A stretch of 26,921 bases of DNA. Origin: Tolypothrix carrinoi HA7290-LM1. Its GTDB lineage: Bacteria; Cyanobacteriota; Cyanobacteriia; Cyanobacteriales; Nostocaceae. The stretch lies in assembly GCA_019358935.1 (NCBI GenBank), contig JAHHIK010000112.1, forward strand, positions 1 to 26,921, read 5' to 3'. Shown here piece after piece: positions 17,565 to 26,795 of the stretch (positions within the stretch are counted from its first letter, which is position 1; every line of letters begins with the position of its first letter). The translations under genes and the position numbers were made by a program. Under the pieces are notes generated by a model that was not told the DNA's origin, ran no database searches, and saw only the letters and a list, made by a program, of their open reading frames with translations.

Positions 17565-18479
17565 ATGAAATTTCGACCGCAGAAACCCTCAAGGAATCAA
17601 CGGCAGCGTCGGCTTCCACGAGTTAACATCAAGATCCGGGATGGAAGGTTCCAGATTATGGGCATGAATACTTGGTATTCATACTGGCGCGACCCGTATC
17701 ATCTACTACTAATTCTTCCTTGGTCTGGCTTTTTGCTGTTGATTGGTGTCACGTATTTGGCAACCAATGGTATATTTGCACTCTTCTACTTAGCAGGAGG
17801 AGATTGCGTCGAGAACGCACGACCGGGTTCTTTTTTGGATATGTTTTTCTTCAGTGTTCAAACTTTAGCATCTATCGGCTACGGTGCGATGTATCCGAAA
17901 ACGACTTACTGCAATATTATTGTCACAATTGAAGCAATGGGAGGTCTGATGGCAATTGCAGTGATGACCGGACTAGCCTTTGCTCGTTTTTCTCGACCGA
18001 CTGCCCGTGTAATGTTTAGCCGTGTTGCCATTATTACACCTCATGAGGGAATGCCAACCTTAATATTTCGGACGGCAAACCAGCGCGGCAACCAGATTTT
18101 AGAAGCGCAGATGCAGGTATACTTAATCCGTGACGAAGTTACCAAAGAACAACAATTTATCCGTAAAATATACGATTTGCAACTGATTAGGAATCACTCT
18201 CCGAGCTTTACTTTAACTTGGCTGGGGATGCACGTAATCGATGAGTCGAGTCCACTTTATGGGATATCAGCCGAGTCTTTAATTGAGACAAATACCACGA
18301 TTACAGTCTTATTAACTGGCATTGATGATACAATTGCCCAGTCAGTCCATGCGCGTCATGATTATACTGGGCGGGAAATTCTCTGGAATTATCGGTTTGT
18401 AGATGTTCTTTACCGCACTGCCGAAGGGCATCGCTACATCGATTACAATTTCTTCCACGATGTATCGCCTTTAGATTAA
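17565..18479 (+). CDS. Inward-rectifier K+ channel (KirBac type)
   Basis: D.YH slide helix, FFFSVQTLASIGYG pore, FARFSRP.A...FS and PTLIFR.AN.R.N motifs. Confidence 0.93.
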   Translation: MKFRPQKPSRNQRQRRLPRVNIKIRDGRFQIMGMNTWYSYWRDPYHLLLILPWSGFLLLIGVTYLATNGIFALFYLAGGDCVENARPGSFLDMFFFSVQTLASIGYGAMYPKTTYCNIIVTIEAMGGLMAIAVMTGLAFARFSRPTARVMFSRVAIITPHEGMPTLIFRTANQRGNQILEAQMQVYLIRDEVTKEQQFIRKIYDLQLIRNHSPSFTLTWLGMHVIDESSPLYGISAESLIETNTTITVLLTGIDDTIAQSVHARHDYTGREILWNYRFVDVLYRTAEGHRYIDYNFFHDVSPLD

Positions 18480-18500
18480 GAAGGGAAGAGTGCCTTCAGT

Positions 18501-18683
18501 TTACTCGTTGAGCGGTGGTTGTAATGGTTTGACAACAACCCGACCATTTTCAACCACAGTACAATTTTTCGGGTTTTGGCATTGGTTGTCTGCCACACCT
18601 GGGCACTCTTTTTGAGATTGGATATTTTGCTCTCTTTGTTGCTTAAGGACAACGACACAAGGAGCGCATAAGGCGGATGACAT
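18501..18683 (-). CDS. Possible small Cys-rich protein (60 aa)
   Basis: ATG ORF with five Cys, convergent on KirBac, no overlap with neighbours. Confidence 0.35.
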   Translation of the reverse strand: MSSALCAPCVVVLKQQREQNIQSQKECPGVADNQCQNPKNCTVVENGRVVVKPLQPPLNE

Positions 18684-18797
18684 ATGAGGTATTCTGAGCT
18701 TCTATATTAATTATCGCTCTGCTGGGGATCGTTGGCAGAAAAATTTGCTTGGTTGTTTAAATAACTTAAACTTTGAAATTACTCTAGGGCACAATTT

Positions 18798-20480
18798 ATG
18801 AAAAAATTTCTCAGATACCTAAGTTTCGCTTTTATATCCACAGTTTTAACTGCAACTCCTTCAATTGCAGCTGACCAAATCGCTTTTTATTATCCTCCCT
18901 TTGGGGAATTTACTTTATCCACTGATTCTCTAGAAACTTTTGCTAAAGAAGGTAAAATTACTAAAGACTTTGCCTTTTATGCTGAACGTGCTACTCCCCA
19001 ACAACTTGCTCAACTGCGGGAATTACTCCAGCAGAAGTTTAAAGTCACTCCTACTTTAGTATCTCAGTTTAGCTACTCACCTTTAGGGGAAAAGGTAGTG
19101 CAACGTTTGGGAGAATTAATTCAAACTGATACGCAAAAAAACGGCTTTTATGCAATACGCGGCGCTTTGATTTTAGCTGCTACTGACCCCCAAGGCTTAA
19201 CTGTTGTCAATGTGCTGCGACGATTTCCCAGCAATAGCGTGCGGATAAACTTCACAGAGGGGTTGCAGGTAGTATCAAACTTGACAGATTTGCTGAAAAG
19301 AAGAGATGCGGTCGTTGCTTTTATTCAAAAAGAAGCAAACGCAGAAGCGCAAGCTGCAAAGATTGACTTTTCCAAACAGCCAGATTTGCGATCGCCTGGA
19401 AATTTTCGTTTTTCAAAAATAACCCTGCAATTGAAAGACCAAACACGCGATCGGCGTTTACCCGTCGATTTATATTTACCACAGGGGGGACAAGGGGGAC
19501 AAGGGGGACAAGGGGGACAAGGGGGACAAGGGGGAAATTTATCTGCCTCATCTCCCTCTCCTCTAATTGTCATTTCTCACGGTGTCGCTTCAGACCGCTT
19601 TGCTTTTGTGTATCTGGCGCAACATTTAGCATCTTACGGTTTTGCTGTCGCCGCTTTGGAACACCCTGGTAGTAATGCACAACGCTTTCAGCGGTACTTT
19701 GCGGGTTTGGCAGGTCCACCAGAACCGACGGAATTAATTAACCGACCTTTAGATGTCAAATTTGTGCTGAATGAACTTCAGCGCTTAGAAAAGTCCAATC
19801 CGCAAATGCAGGGTAAACTAAATTTTCAGCAAGTTGGGGCATTTGGTCATTCTTATGGCGGTTATACTGTTTTCACCCTGGCTGGTGCAAAAATTAACTT
19901 TGGGCAAATCCGTCAGGATTGCAATCCGAATAAATCCTTGAATTTGTCGGTGTTGTTGCAGTGTCGAGCAAATGAGTTAACATCAGCAAATTATCCTTTA
20001 AAAGACGATCGCATTAAAGCTGCTTTTACGGTTAATCCTTTCGTCAGCAGCATCTTTGGTGAAAGCGAAGTGCGTCAAATTAAACTTCCCTTTATGGTTG
20101 TGTCAGCTAGTCAAGATATTGTCACTCCGGCTGTACCCGAGCAAATTCGTCCTTTTACTTGGCTTGGTAGCAAAAATAAATACTTAGCAGTGATTGAAAA
20201 TGCTACACACTTTACTGCTTTAACTGAATCAACCGAGGATAATGGTGTATTACCTATACCCCCAGCTTTCCTCGGTCCACCTAGTAAAGATGCTCATTCT
20301 TATCTTAATGCTTTGAGTGTCGCTTTTTTTGAAACGTATCTTTTGAATCGCCCTGAATATCAAGTTTATTTGCAGCCAGCTTACGCTAAATATATCAGTA
20401 AAGCTCCCCTCAATCTTAGTTTTTTACAGTCTTTAACGCCAGAGCAATTAACTCCTTTTGTAAATGGTGCAAGGAAGTAG
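18798..20480 (+). CDS. DUF1400 alpha/beta hydrolase with signal peptide
   Basis: ISHG, EHPGS, RP.DVKFVL, nucleophile GHSYGG, D.VTP and ATHF motifs. Confidence 0.9.
   Translation: MKKFLRYLSFAFISTVLTATPSIAADQIAFYYPPFGEFTLSTDSLETFAKEGKITKDFAFYAERATPQQLAQLRELLQQKFKVTPTLVSQFSYSPLGEKVVQRLGELIQTDTQKNGFYAIRGALILAATDPQGLTVVNVLRRFPSNSVRINFTEGLQVVSNLTDLLKRRDAVVAFIQKEANAEAQAAKIDFSKQPDLRSPGNFRFSKITLQLKDQTRDRRLPVDLYLPQGGQGGQGGQGGQGGQGGNLSASSPSPLIVISHGVASDRFAFVYLAQHLASYGFAVAALEHPGSNAQRFQRYFAGLAGPPEPTELINRPLDVKFVLNELQRLEKSNPQMQGKLNFQQVGAFGHSYGGYTVFTLAGAKINFGQIRQDCNPNKSLNLSVLLQCRANELTSANYPLKDDRIKAAFTVNPFVSSIFGESEVRQIKLPFMVVSASQDIVTPAVPEQIRPFTWLGSKNKYLAVIENATHFTALTESTEDNGVLPIPPAFLGPPSKDAHSYLNALSVAFFETYLLNRPEYQVYLQPAYAKYISKAPLNLSFLQSLTPEQLTPFVNGARK
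19486..19535 (+). repeat. In-frame 9-bp tandem repeat (GGGGGACAA)x5 encoding (GGQ)n
   Basis: Read directly from the sequence. Confidence 0.9.
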
Positions 20481-20489
20481 GGAATGGGA

Positions 20490-20636
20490 AGGGGACAAGG
20501 GGGACAAGGGGGACAAGGGGGATAAGGGGGACAAGGGGGACAGGGAGATAGGGAGACAAGGGGGATAAGGGAGAATTTGCTTCCTCATCTCCCTCATCTC
20601 CCTCATCTCCCCCATCCCCCCCACACCCCACCCCTC
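20490..20636. repeat. STRR-type 9-mer array (GGGGACAAG)n followed by (CCTCATCTC)n between convergent genes
   Basis: Read directly; the two arms are partly complementary. Confidence 0.85.
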
Positions 20637-20641
20637 GCAAG

Positions 20642-21412
20642 TTAGGAAAACAATTTAAATCGCGCTAATTGAGTTTCAATCGCTTGAGAAAGTATTTTAT
20701 CCAGGTCGATGTCATCTGTCCATTCGAGAATTTGCGATCGCGGTAAGTCAAAGGGAAATTGTCCCGCTAAATCTGGACGTTGCATTTTTGCTAGTAAAAT
20801 TTGTTCAGAGCGCTTACTCTGGATCGCATAGCCAATTTCAATACAAACGTTGGGACTGGGTATTAATTGAGCTATTTCTTTACCGTCGATGCTAGCAATG
20901 GGTGTAGTGTCAGCGATAAACAGCAAACTTTTGCGGATTTTTCGCATCATTGTCCGGTTTAGTCGTAGAGAACCATCGCTAGGGCGGTAAGATTCAACTA
21001 AGGTTAAAGGTAAGCGCGATCGCATATTTAATATTTCTAAACTATTTTGCAGCCCTTGTCGCAAAGCGTCACTCGCTGCGCCATACTCAGTTTGATAGCA
21101 TAAAAAAATTGTTGGCTCTAACTGTGCTAAAACCGCTTGTTTGGTGAAATAAATTTCATGACTAATTAAGTCAATGTTGGCTACGCAATAACCACCGCTA
21201 CCTTCAATATAAAACTCAATATTTTCTCCTTCCAGATAGCGGACAAACCAAGTTGATTGCTTAACTTCGTCACTTTCTTCTAAAAAATCCGCTCTTAATC
21301 CCGATTTCAACAGGCTTTTTTTACTTAAGCGAATATCTGGCGGACGTTTTTCCAGTTCCCGAATCGGCTCGTAATCTTCAATATACCATGCTCTGAGCGC
21401 AATAATTGACAT
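20642..21412 (-). CDS. Conserved hypothetical protein with NDT/TIR-like C-terminal domain
   Basis: Clean 256-aa ORF; FIADTT...PSPNVCIEIGYA...FPFD pattern. Confidence 0.7.
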   Translation of the reverse strand: MSIIALRAWYIEDYEPIRELEKRPPDIRLSKKSLLKSGLRADFLEESDEVKQSTWFVRYLEGENIEFYIEGSGGYCVANIDLISHEIYFTKQAVLAQLEPTIFLCYQTEYGAASDALRQGLQNSLEILNMRSRLPLTLVESYRPSDGSLRLNRTMMRKIRKSLLFIADTTPIASIDGKEIAQLIPSPNVCIEIGYAIQSKRSEQILLAKMQRPDLAGQFPFDLPRSQILEWTDDIDLDKILSQAIETQLARFKLFS

Positions 21413-21474
21413 AAGGCGCTATTTCAAATCTCTCTTAATATTCAACTTCGTACAAGCTTACACCCAGGCGCGGC

Positions 21475-21654
21475 AAAAATAACAACAACACCCAAGCTTC
21501 TACTAGCTGCGTTATTTCCTCTTTTTGTTTCTTCTAGCCAGGGATGCACTTACTTTCATCACATCAAACAAGTAATGAAAATCAGTGACAGCGCCCCCTA
21601 AACTTCTATATCTGAGGAAATCTCGGCGTTCGCGTTGGGTGTTGTTGTGTTTTT
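21475..21654 (+). ncRNA. ssrS: Probable 6S RNA
   Basis: About 180-nt rod: perfect 14-bp closing stem (21482-21495/21635-21648), ATTTCCTC/GAGGAAAT stem, central bubble and apical stem. The strand is inferred from CCTAAAC...CTCGGCG resembling the 6S 3' strand. Confidence 0.72.
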
Positions 21655-21795
21655 AGGAGACAGATGTAAATCAAGCAGCGTTTTTACCTCTTCTTTTCTT
21701 TCGTTTGGTGCTGTTGTATCTGCCAGGGAAGCTTAGTAGCTTCTACTATTAAATTAGCACCTTTAAAAAAGAAGAAAATTATTTGCAACTAAACT

Positions 21796-22941
21796 TTACC
21801 TTTGAGGAGACATCTGACTAATGATATCGTCTTTCGCTCCAGCGATAAAATTAGCAAAACGCTCTGCTAGCGGTGGTACAAGAACTAAAGGACTGGTGAA
21901 ACCAGAGAATATATGAATATTTGTAAATTCGGGAATAGCACCAATCAAAGGTAAACTATTGTTGCTAAAAGCGACTAAGCAATGATGCCAAGTACCTGCT
22001 ACATTTTCCAAGGCTGGTAAAACGTTGCCGATGCTTTTTCTTAACCATTCTTCACTTTCTTTAGCATCTATTTTGGCGTTTACATCGGTGAGAGTGCGGC
22101 TAATTTGTCCAAAGCGCAGACTACCATCGACAAATTGAACTGCACCCGCATCTAAAATTGGTGGTACTATTTGATTACCCGGTTCATCCCATAATTCATC
22201 AACTGAAGTTGATTTCATTTCTAATTTAAACCTTTGCAGATTTGCTGGGATGATTAAGGTTTGTAACTGCACATCAACGGGTGGAGTTTCAATCATTTCT
22301 TCATGGGTAAAATACAGTTTAATGGAAATACCCGCTGATTTTAATAGCTGTCGGCTGAGTCCCCCAGCGCAGATGACGACGTTACCACTGTGATAAGTTG
22401 TGGTTGTTGTGGTTACGTTATGTGGTAATATTTGTGAGACTTGCTCAAATTGAATTTCACCGCCAGCACGTAGAAAAGCTTGGATGTATGCTTGTACTGT
22501 TTTTTCTGGGTTGATATGTCCCAGTTTGACTGTTAAAGCACCAGCGATCGCTTGAGGATTCAATAGTGGTTCTAATTCACACGCTTCTTTTATAGTAAGT
22601 AATTTAGGAGGCGTAGCAACATGCGTGTATAATGCAGCAATTTCTTGGGGATCGCTATTGTTGGGAATTGTTAATAATAAATTTAATTCCCGGAATTCGA
22701 TGTCAGCGTCTAGCTCTTGTGAGAGAATGTGGTAACGAGCGATCGCTTCAGTTGATAATTGGCGGGTTAATGGTGTTGTAGCAGACCAATAAGCTAAACC
22801 ACCATAACTATAGCGAGTGGCGTTGTTAGCGATCGCGTTTTGTTCTAATAATAGTACTGAGAAGCCTTTTTTTCTTAGTTCGTAGGAAAGTGCAGCACCA
22901 GTTATTCCACCACCAATTACAATCCAGTCGTAGGTTTTCAT
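21796..22941 (-). CDS. FAD-dependent oxidoreductase (DAO/glycine oxidase-like)
   Basis: YDWIVIGGGITG Rossmann motif, VVICAG and PLIGA; ATG 22941. Confidence 0.9.
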   Translation of the reverse strand: MKTYDWIVIGGGITGAALSYELRKKGFSVLLLEQNAIANNATRYSYGGLAYWSATTPLTRQLSTEAIARYHILSQELDADIEFRELNLLLTIPNNSDPQEIAALYTHVATPPKLLTIKEACELEPLLNPQAIAGALTVKLGHINPEKTVQAYIQAFLRAGGEIQFEQVSQILPHNVTTTTTTYHSGNVVICAGGLSRQLLKSAGISIKLYFTHEEMIETPPVDVQLQTLIIPANLQRFKLEMKSTSVDELWDEPGNQIVPPILDAGAVQFVDGSLRFGQISRTLTDVNAKIDAKESEEWLRKSIGNVLPALENVAGTWHHCLVAFSNNSLPLIGAIPEFTNIHIFSGFTSPLVLVPPLAERFANFIAGAKDDIISQMSPQR

Positions 22942-22954
22942 ATCAATAATCTCA

Positions 22955-22977
22955 CGCAAAGGCGCTAAGGCGCAAAG
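22955..22977. repeat. Short 8-bp STRR (CGCAAAGG-like x3)
   Basis: CGCAAAGG CGCTAAGG CGCAAAG. Confidence 0.6.
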
Positions 22978-22985
22978 AAGGAGTA

Positions 22986-23492
22986 ATGGATATTCGTTGT
23001 GAAGGTTTAGCAGATTATGCTGCAATAGCTGAGGTTAATATATTAGCTTTTGGGCAAGAAAATGAGGCAAAGCTGATTGAGGAAATTCGTTGTTCTCAAG
23101 GTTATATTCCTGAACTTTCTTTGGTGGCAGAGATAGATGGGGCTATAGTTGGTCATATCCTTTTTAGTTATATTGATTTAATTGGTGAGGAAAGTTTACA
23201 GGTACTCAGTTTAGCACCGATGGCAGTTCTTCCACAGTTTCAAGGACGAGGTATTGGTAGCGCACTTGTAGAAGCTGGGTTGGAAAAAGCAAATGCTCTT
23301 AAAGAAGCTTTAGTTATTGTACTGGGTCATCCGCACTTTTATACGCGCTTTGGTTTTGAGGCTTCAGTTAATTATAAAATTACGTCTCCTTTTCCAGTTC
23401 CAGAAGATGTCTTCATGGTGAAACCACTGCAAAATTATCAGGAAAAATATCAGGGTAAAGTTGTTTATCCTCCAGCTTTTTCAGCTGTTTAA
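22986..23492 (+). CDS. GNAT N-acetyltransferase (YhbS-like)
   Basis: IVGHILFS, LAPMAV.P..QGRGIG and VLGHP.FY.RFGF motifs; AGGAG RBS. Confidence 0.92.
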   Translation: MDIRCEGLADYAAIAEVNILAFGQENEAKLIEEIRCSQGYIPELSLVAEIDGAIVGHILFSYIDLIGEESLQVLSLAPMAVLPQFQGRGIGSALVEAGLEKANALKEALVIVLGHPHFYTRFGFEASVNYKITSPFPVPEDVFMVKPLQNYQEKYQGKVVYPPAFSAV

Positions 23493-23556
23493 ATTCATAG
23501 CAAATAAAAATTCCAACTCTGCGTACCTTTGCGTTAACCTCCTTTTTCCTCTGCGT

Positions 23557-24933
23557 TTAAAAATCAACTATTTTTGCACCCACAATACCCTTTGCTTCTA
23601 ACACAGATGCAACTTGTAAAATTAACGCTTCATTGTAAGGTGCAGCTATTAATTGCACTCCCAATGGTAAGCCATTTTCCTGTTGAATTGGTACTGATAA
23701 AACGGGTAAGCCGATGAAAGATAATGGTTGCGTGTATAATCCTAAATGAGGACGGACAAGAATTTCTTCACCATCCAAAATCATCGTTTCTTGACCAATT
23801 AACGGTGCTGAACAGGGAGTAGTTGGGGCGATAATTACATCTACCTTTTGGAATATTTCGCGGATGCGATCGCGATACCATTTTCTAAAGCGTTGCGCTT
23901 GGATGTACCAACTACTGGGAATTAAAGCACCAGCAAGAAAGCGATCGCGTGTTGCTGGATCGAAATCTTGGGGACGCTCGCGCAATTTTTCCAAATGCAG
24001 ATTTGCACCCTCGCTAGCGGTAATTACAAACGCCGCTGCACGAGCGCGATGTGCTTCTGGTATTGTGATATAATCTCGCACATCCAAAGCACGAGCAACT
24101 TTTTCAACTGCTGCTAACGCTTCCGGATTCGCTCCTTTCACAAAATAATCATCAGCGCTCGCAATTCGCAAATTATCAATATTTGGTGTTAAATTGCGCG
24201 TTTCTACACAGGGACGCTTTGTGCAAATCGGATCGCGATCGTCTTCACCTTGAAGCACATCAAACACCGTTGCAATATCGCGCACCGAACTAGCAAAAGG
24301 TCCAATGTGGTCAAAACTGCTAGAAAATAAAGCTACACCAGCGCCAGACAACCTACCATAAGTCGGCTTCAAACCAAAAATACCACAAAAAGCCGCCGGA
24401 ACGCGAATAGAACCATTAGTATCAGAACCCAGCGTCAGCGGAACCAACCCCGCAGCAACCGCAGCAGCAGAACCACCAGAAGAACCACCAGCTACCCGAC
24501 TTAAATCATGAGGATTGCGAGTAGCACCATAATGAGAATTTTCCGTCACAAATCCATAAGCGTACTCATCCATATTTAAAACACCAACAAGAACCGCACC
24601 CGCTTGCTTCAATCTTGCAACCACAGTTGCATCTTGAATTGCCGGCGGATTTTCCGCATTAATTTTCGATCCTGCCAAAGTTGTTAAACCAGCAACATCA
24701 AAAAGATTTTTCACCGCAAACAAAACCCCCGCAAGCATTCCCGGATAATTACCTTGCGCTATTTCCCCATCTATGCGTGCAGCAGAATCCATTGCAGATT
24801 CAGCAGTCACACTCGTAAAACAATTTAACTCATTATCCCGCGCCGCAATTCGTTTTAAAGCAGCTTCAGTAACATCCACCGCACTAACTTTGCCTTCACG
24901 CACAGCAGCTGCTATCGATAAAGCATCATTCAT
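23557..24933 (-). CDS. AtzE-family amidase
   Basis: VKNLFD, GGSSGGS and LGSDTNGSIRVPA (Lys-Ser-Ser triad); coupled to the small upstream gene. Confidence 0.88.
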   Translation of the reverse strand: MNDALSIAAAVREGKVSAVDVTEAALKRIAARDNELNCFTSVTAESAMDSAARIDGEIAQGNYPGMLAGVLFAVKNLFDVAGLTTLAGSKINAENPPAIQDATVVARLKQAGAVLVGVLNMDEYAYGFVTENSHYGATRNPHDLSRVAGGSSGGSAAAVAAGLVPLTLGSDTNGSIRVPAAFCGIFGLKPTYGRLSGAGVALFSSSFDHIGPFASSVRDIATVFDVLQGEDDRDPICTKRPCVETRNLTPNIDNLRIASADDYFVKGANPEALAAVEKVARALDVRDYITIPEAHRARAAAFVITASEGANLHLEKLRERPQDFDPATRDRFLAGALIPSSWYIQAQRFRKWYRDRIREIFQKVDVIIAPTTPCSAPLIGQETMILDGEEILVRPHLGLYTQPLSFIGLPVLSVPIQQENGLPLGVQLIAAPYNEALILQVASVLEAKGIVGAKIVDF

Positions 24934-25115
24934 GGTTCAAAAATTGGTGCAACTTCAACATCATCCGGTAACTCAAACGAATTAACGATTTGCGCGATCG
25001 CTCTAATTCTCTCAAAATTTGCCACCACACCATCCCGATACTCATCCCTTAACCGCAAATCCACCAACAACCCCATCAAATCCACATACTCACCCACATC
25101 AAACCCCTTCTCCAT
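24930..25115 (-). CDS. DUF4089/AtzG-like small subunit
   Basis: GVVANFERI...E.APIFEP; ATGA overlap with the amidase; GGAGAGG RBS. Confidence 0.82.
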   Translation of the reverse strand: MEKGFDVGEYVDLMGLLVDLRLRDEYRDGVVANFERIRAIAQIVNSFELPDDVEVAPIFEP

Positions 25116-25122
25116 CCCTCCT

Positions 25123-25148
25123 CCCTTCGCGCCCTTCGCGCCTTCGCG
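25123..25148. repeat. Short STRR (CCCTTCGCG)x3
   Basis: Read directly from the sequence; the third unit is one base shorter. Confidence 0.65.
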
Positions 25149-25153
25149 GTTCG

Positions 25154-25498
25154 TTATAATAAATCTACAACCCCTTGCGGCAACTCAAAAAACCCATCCT
25201 CCCCACACACAAACTCAACCACCTTCAAAACAGCATCAACATTCAAAGCACCATAAACGTGAGGAAACAAATCCTCCACCCCCTCATAACGAATGGACGC
25301 TTCAACCTTCTCACAATCAATGCAAAGAACTACCAAATCCCCTTGATTTATAAAAAGGAAATTTGCCACCTTGATAACTTGCGTAGGTGTCGAACAGTGA
25401 ATAAAACCTTCAGAATCCAGCGTATCACCGCGATAAAATCCTGCAACTTTCGCTTTTTCCCATTCTTCGCGCCGCGTGATGTGCAAAATAATTGTCAT
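25154..25498 (-). CDS. DUF952 family protein
   Basis: ILHIT....W, EGFIHCST..Q and FPHVYG.LN motifs. Confidence 0.9.
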   Translation of the reverse strand: MTIILHITRREEWEKAKVAGFYRGDTLDSEGFIHCSTPTQVIKVANFLFINQGDLVVLCIDCEKVEASIRYEGVEDLFPHVYGALNVDAVLKVVEFVCGEDGFFELPQGVVDLL

Positions 25499-25536
25499 AA
25501 TAATTGTGGCAATACAAACAGCAATATATAACATTC

Positions 25537-26172
25537 TTGACTTATTATCACCAACATCAAAACGCTTTTTCTCAACAATACCTGAGTGAGTTGCAAGGAC
25601 AGATTTTCGGGTGTCCTTATTTTACAGTCAACAACCTCAATCGTGATTTTGTAGGGACAAAAGGATTTTCCGTAGTATTTAGGCGATCGCATATTACAAC
25701 AGTTGAGCAACGCTTTCCCTACTTCAAATCTTACTTAGATTTGGCACTGCAACCTGAGTGTAATGCTTTTTACCTCAATCCCCTCTTGTTAAAATCAGGT
25801 TCTCGTGTAGATCCGCACATTGATCGCTCTTTGCGTTCTTATTGTAAAACTATCGAACCGCCGACAGTCGTTAGTGTTCTATATGTCGTCGTACCTCCTG
25901 ATTTAGCGGGAGGGGAACTTGTGTTGCGATCGCACAAGCGTCAAATTGGGCAAATTCTTCCGAAATCAAACACTTTGCTATTTTTCCAAGGGGATTTGAC
26001 GCATTCTGTCAACCTTATTAGTAGTGAGAGCGATCGCTTGAGTCTAGTTTGCGAACAATACAACCTCGAAGACGATCAACTGTACGACATTCCAGAATTT
26101 AAGCTCGAATCAAGAGCAAGTCAAGCTGAGAATCGACAAAATAAAAAGCGAACAGCAAAAGTGAAGCATTAA
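25537..26172 (+). CDS. 2OG-Fe(II) oxygenase superfamily protein
   Basis: PHID (HxD), GGEL, HSV and RLSLV motifs; start uncertain (TTG 25537 or GTG 25504). Confidence 0.8.
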   Translation: MTYYHQHQNAFSQQYLSELQGQIFGCPYFTVNNLNRDFVGTKGFSVVFRRSHITTVEQRFPYFKSYLDLALQPECNAFYLNPLLLKSGSRVDPHIDRSLRSYCKTIEPPTVVSVLYVVVPPDLAGGELVLRSHKRQIGQILPKSNTLLFFQGDLTHSVNLISSESDRLSLVCEQYNLEDDQLYDIPEFKLESRASQAENRQNKKRTAKVKH

Positions 26173-26216
26173 CCACTGTAGCGCAACAAAAGCGGCAACG
26201 CCTTTGTATTATACCT

Positions 26217-26297
26217 ATTAATGACCAATGGCGAATCTGCTTTGTTTGGACAGATGAAAACAATGCTTCAGAAGTTGAAATAGTAGATTACCACTGA
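26217..26297 (+). pseudogene. higB: HigB (RelE-family) toxin remnant, C-terminus only
   Basis: INDQWRICFVWTDENNASEVEIVDYH*; no start codon after the in-frame TAA at 26142. Confidence 0.85.
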
Positions 26298-26311
26298 CTA
26301 AAAAAATCATT

Positions 26312-26621
26312 ATGAACAACAACCGTCTGCCAAACATCCATCCTTCTGAAATCCTGCAACTAGAATTCTTGGAACCGCTGAATATTACACCTTATCGATT
26401 AAGCAAAGATATAGGTGTAGCTCAAACACGGATTAGCGAAATTTTACAAAGAAAGCGCAGTATAACAGCAGATACAGCATTGCGTCTATCCCGCTATTTT
26501 GGTAACAGCGCTCAGTTTTGGTTGAATTTACAAACGCAATACGATTTACGTCAAGCTCTTGAAGAAAATGCATTTATTTTACAATCAAATTCCTAAACTT
26601 CCGTTTAATGATGTAGCCTGA
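26312..26621 (+). CDS. higA: HigA antitoxin (HTH), probable frameshift near the 3' end
   Basis: IHPSEIL..EFL, ITADTALRL..YFG.S.QFWLNLQ..YDL. The annotated frame stops at 26596; the +1 frame gives YNQIPKLPFNDVA* ending at 26621. Confidence 0.85.
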
Positions 26622-26654
26622 GATTATTTTCAATTACCGAAATTAGTTATCCGC

Positions 26655-26795
26655 ATCGCGACTTTCATTATCAATATCGCGATATTCATTATCCAAATCG
26701 CGATATTCATTATCCAAATCGCGACTTTCATTATCCAAATCGCGACTTTCATTATCAATATCGCGACTTTCATTATCAATATCGCGATATTCATT
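26655..26795. repeat. 21-bp tandem array, 6.7 units
   Basis: ATCGCGA(CT/TA)TTCATTATC(AAT/CAA) at 26655, 26676, 26697, 26718, 26739, 26760 and a partial unit at 26781. Confidence 0.95.

Noticed and set aside
21475..21654. Retron msr-msd (a1/a2 inverted repeats)
   Set aside because: No reverse transcriptase nearby; the rod with a central bubble fits 6S RNA better.
26655..26795. CRISPR array
   Set aside because: Units are directly adjacent with no unique spacers, and no cas genes are present.
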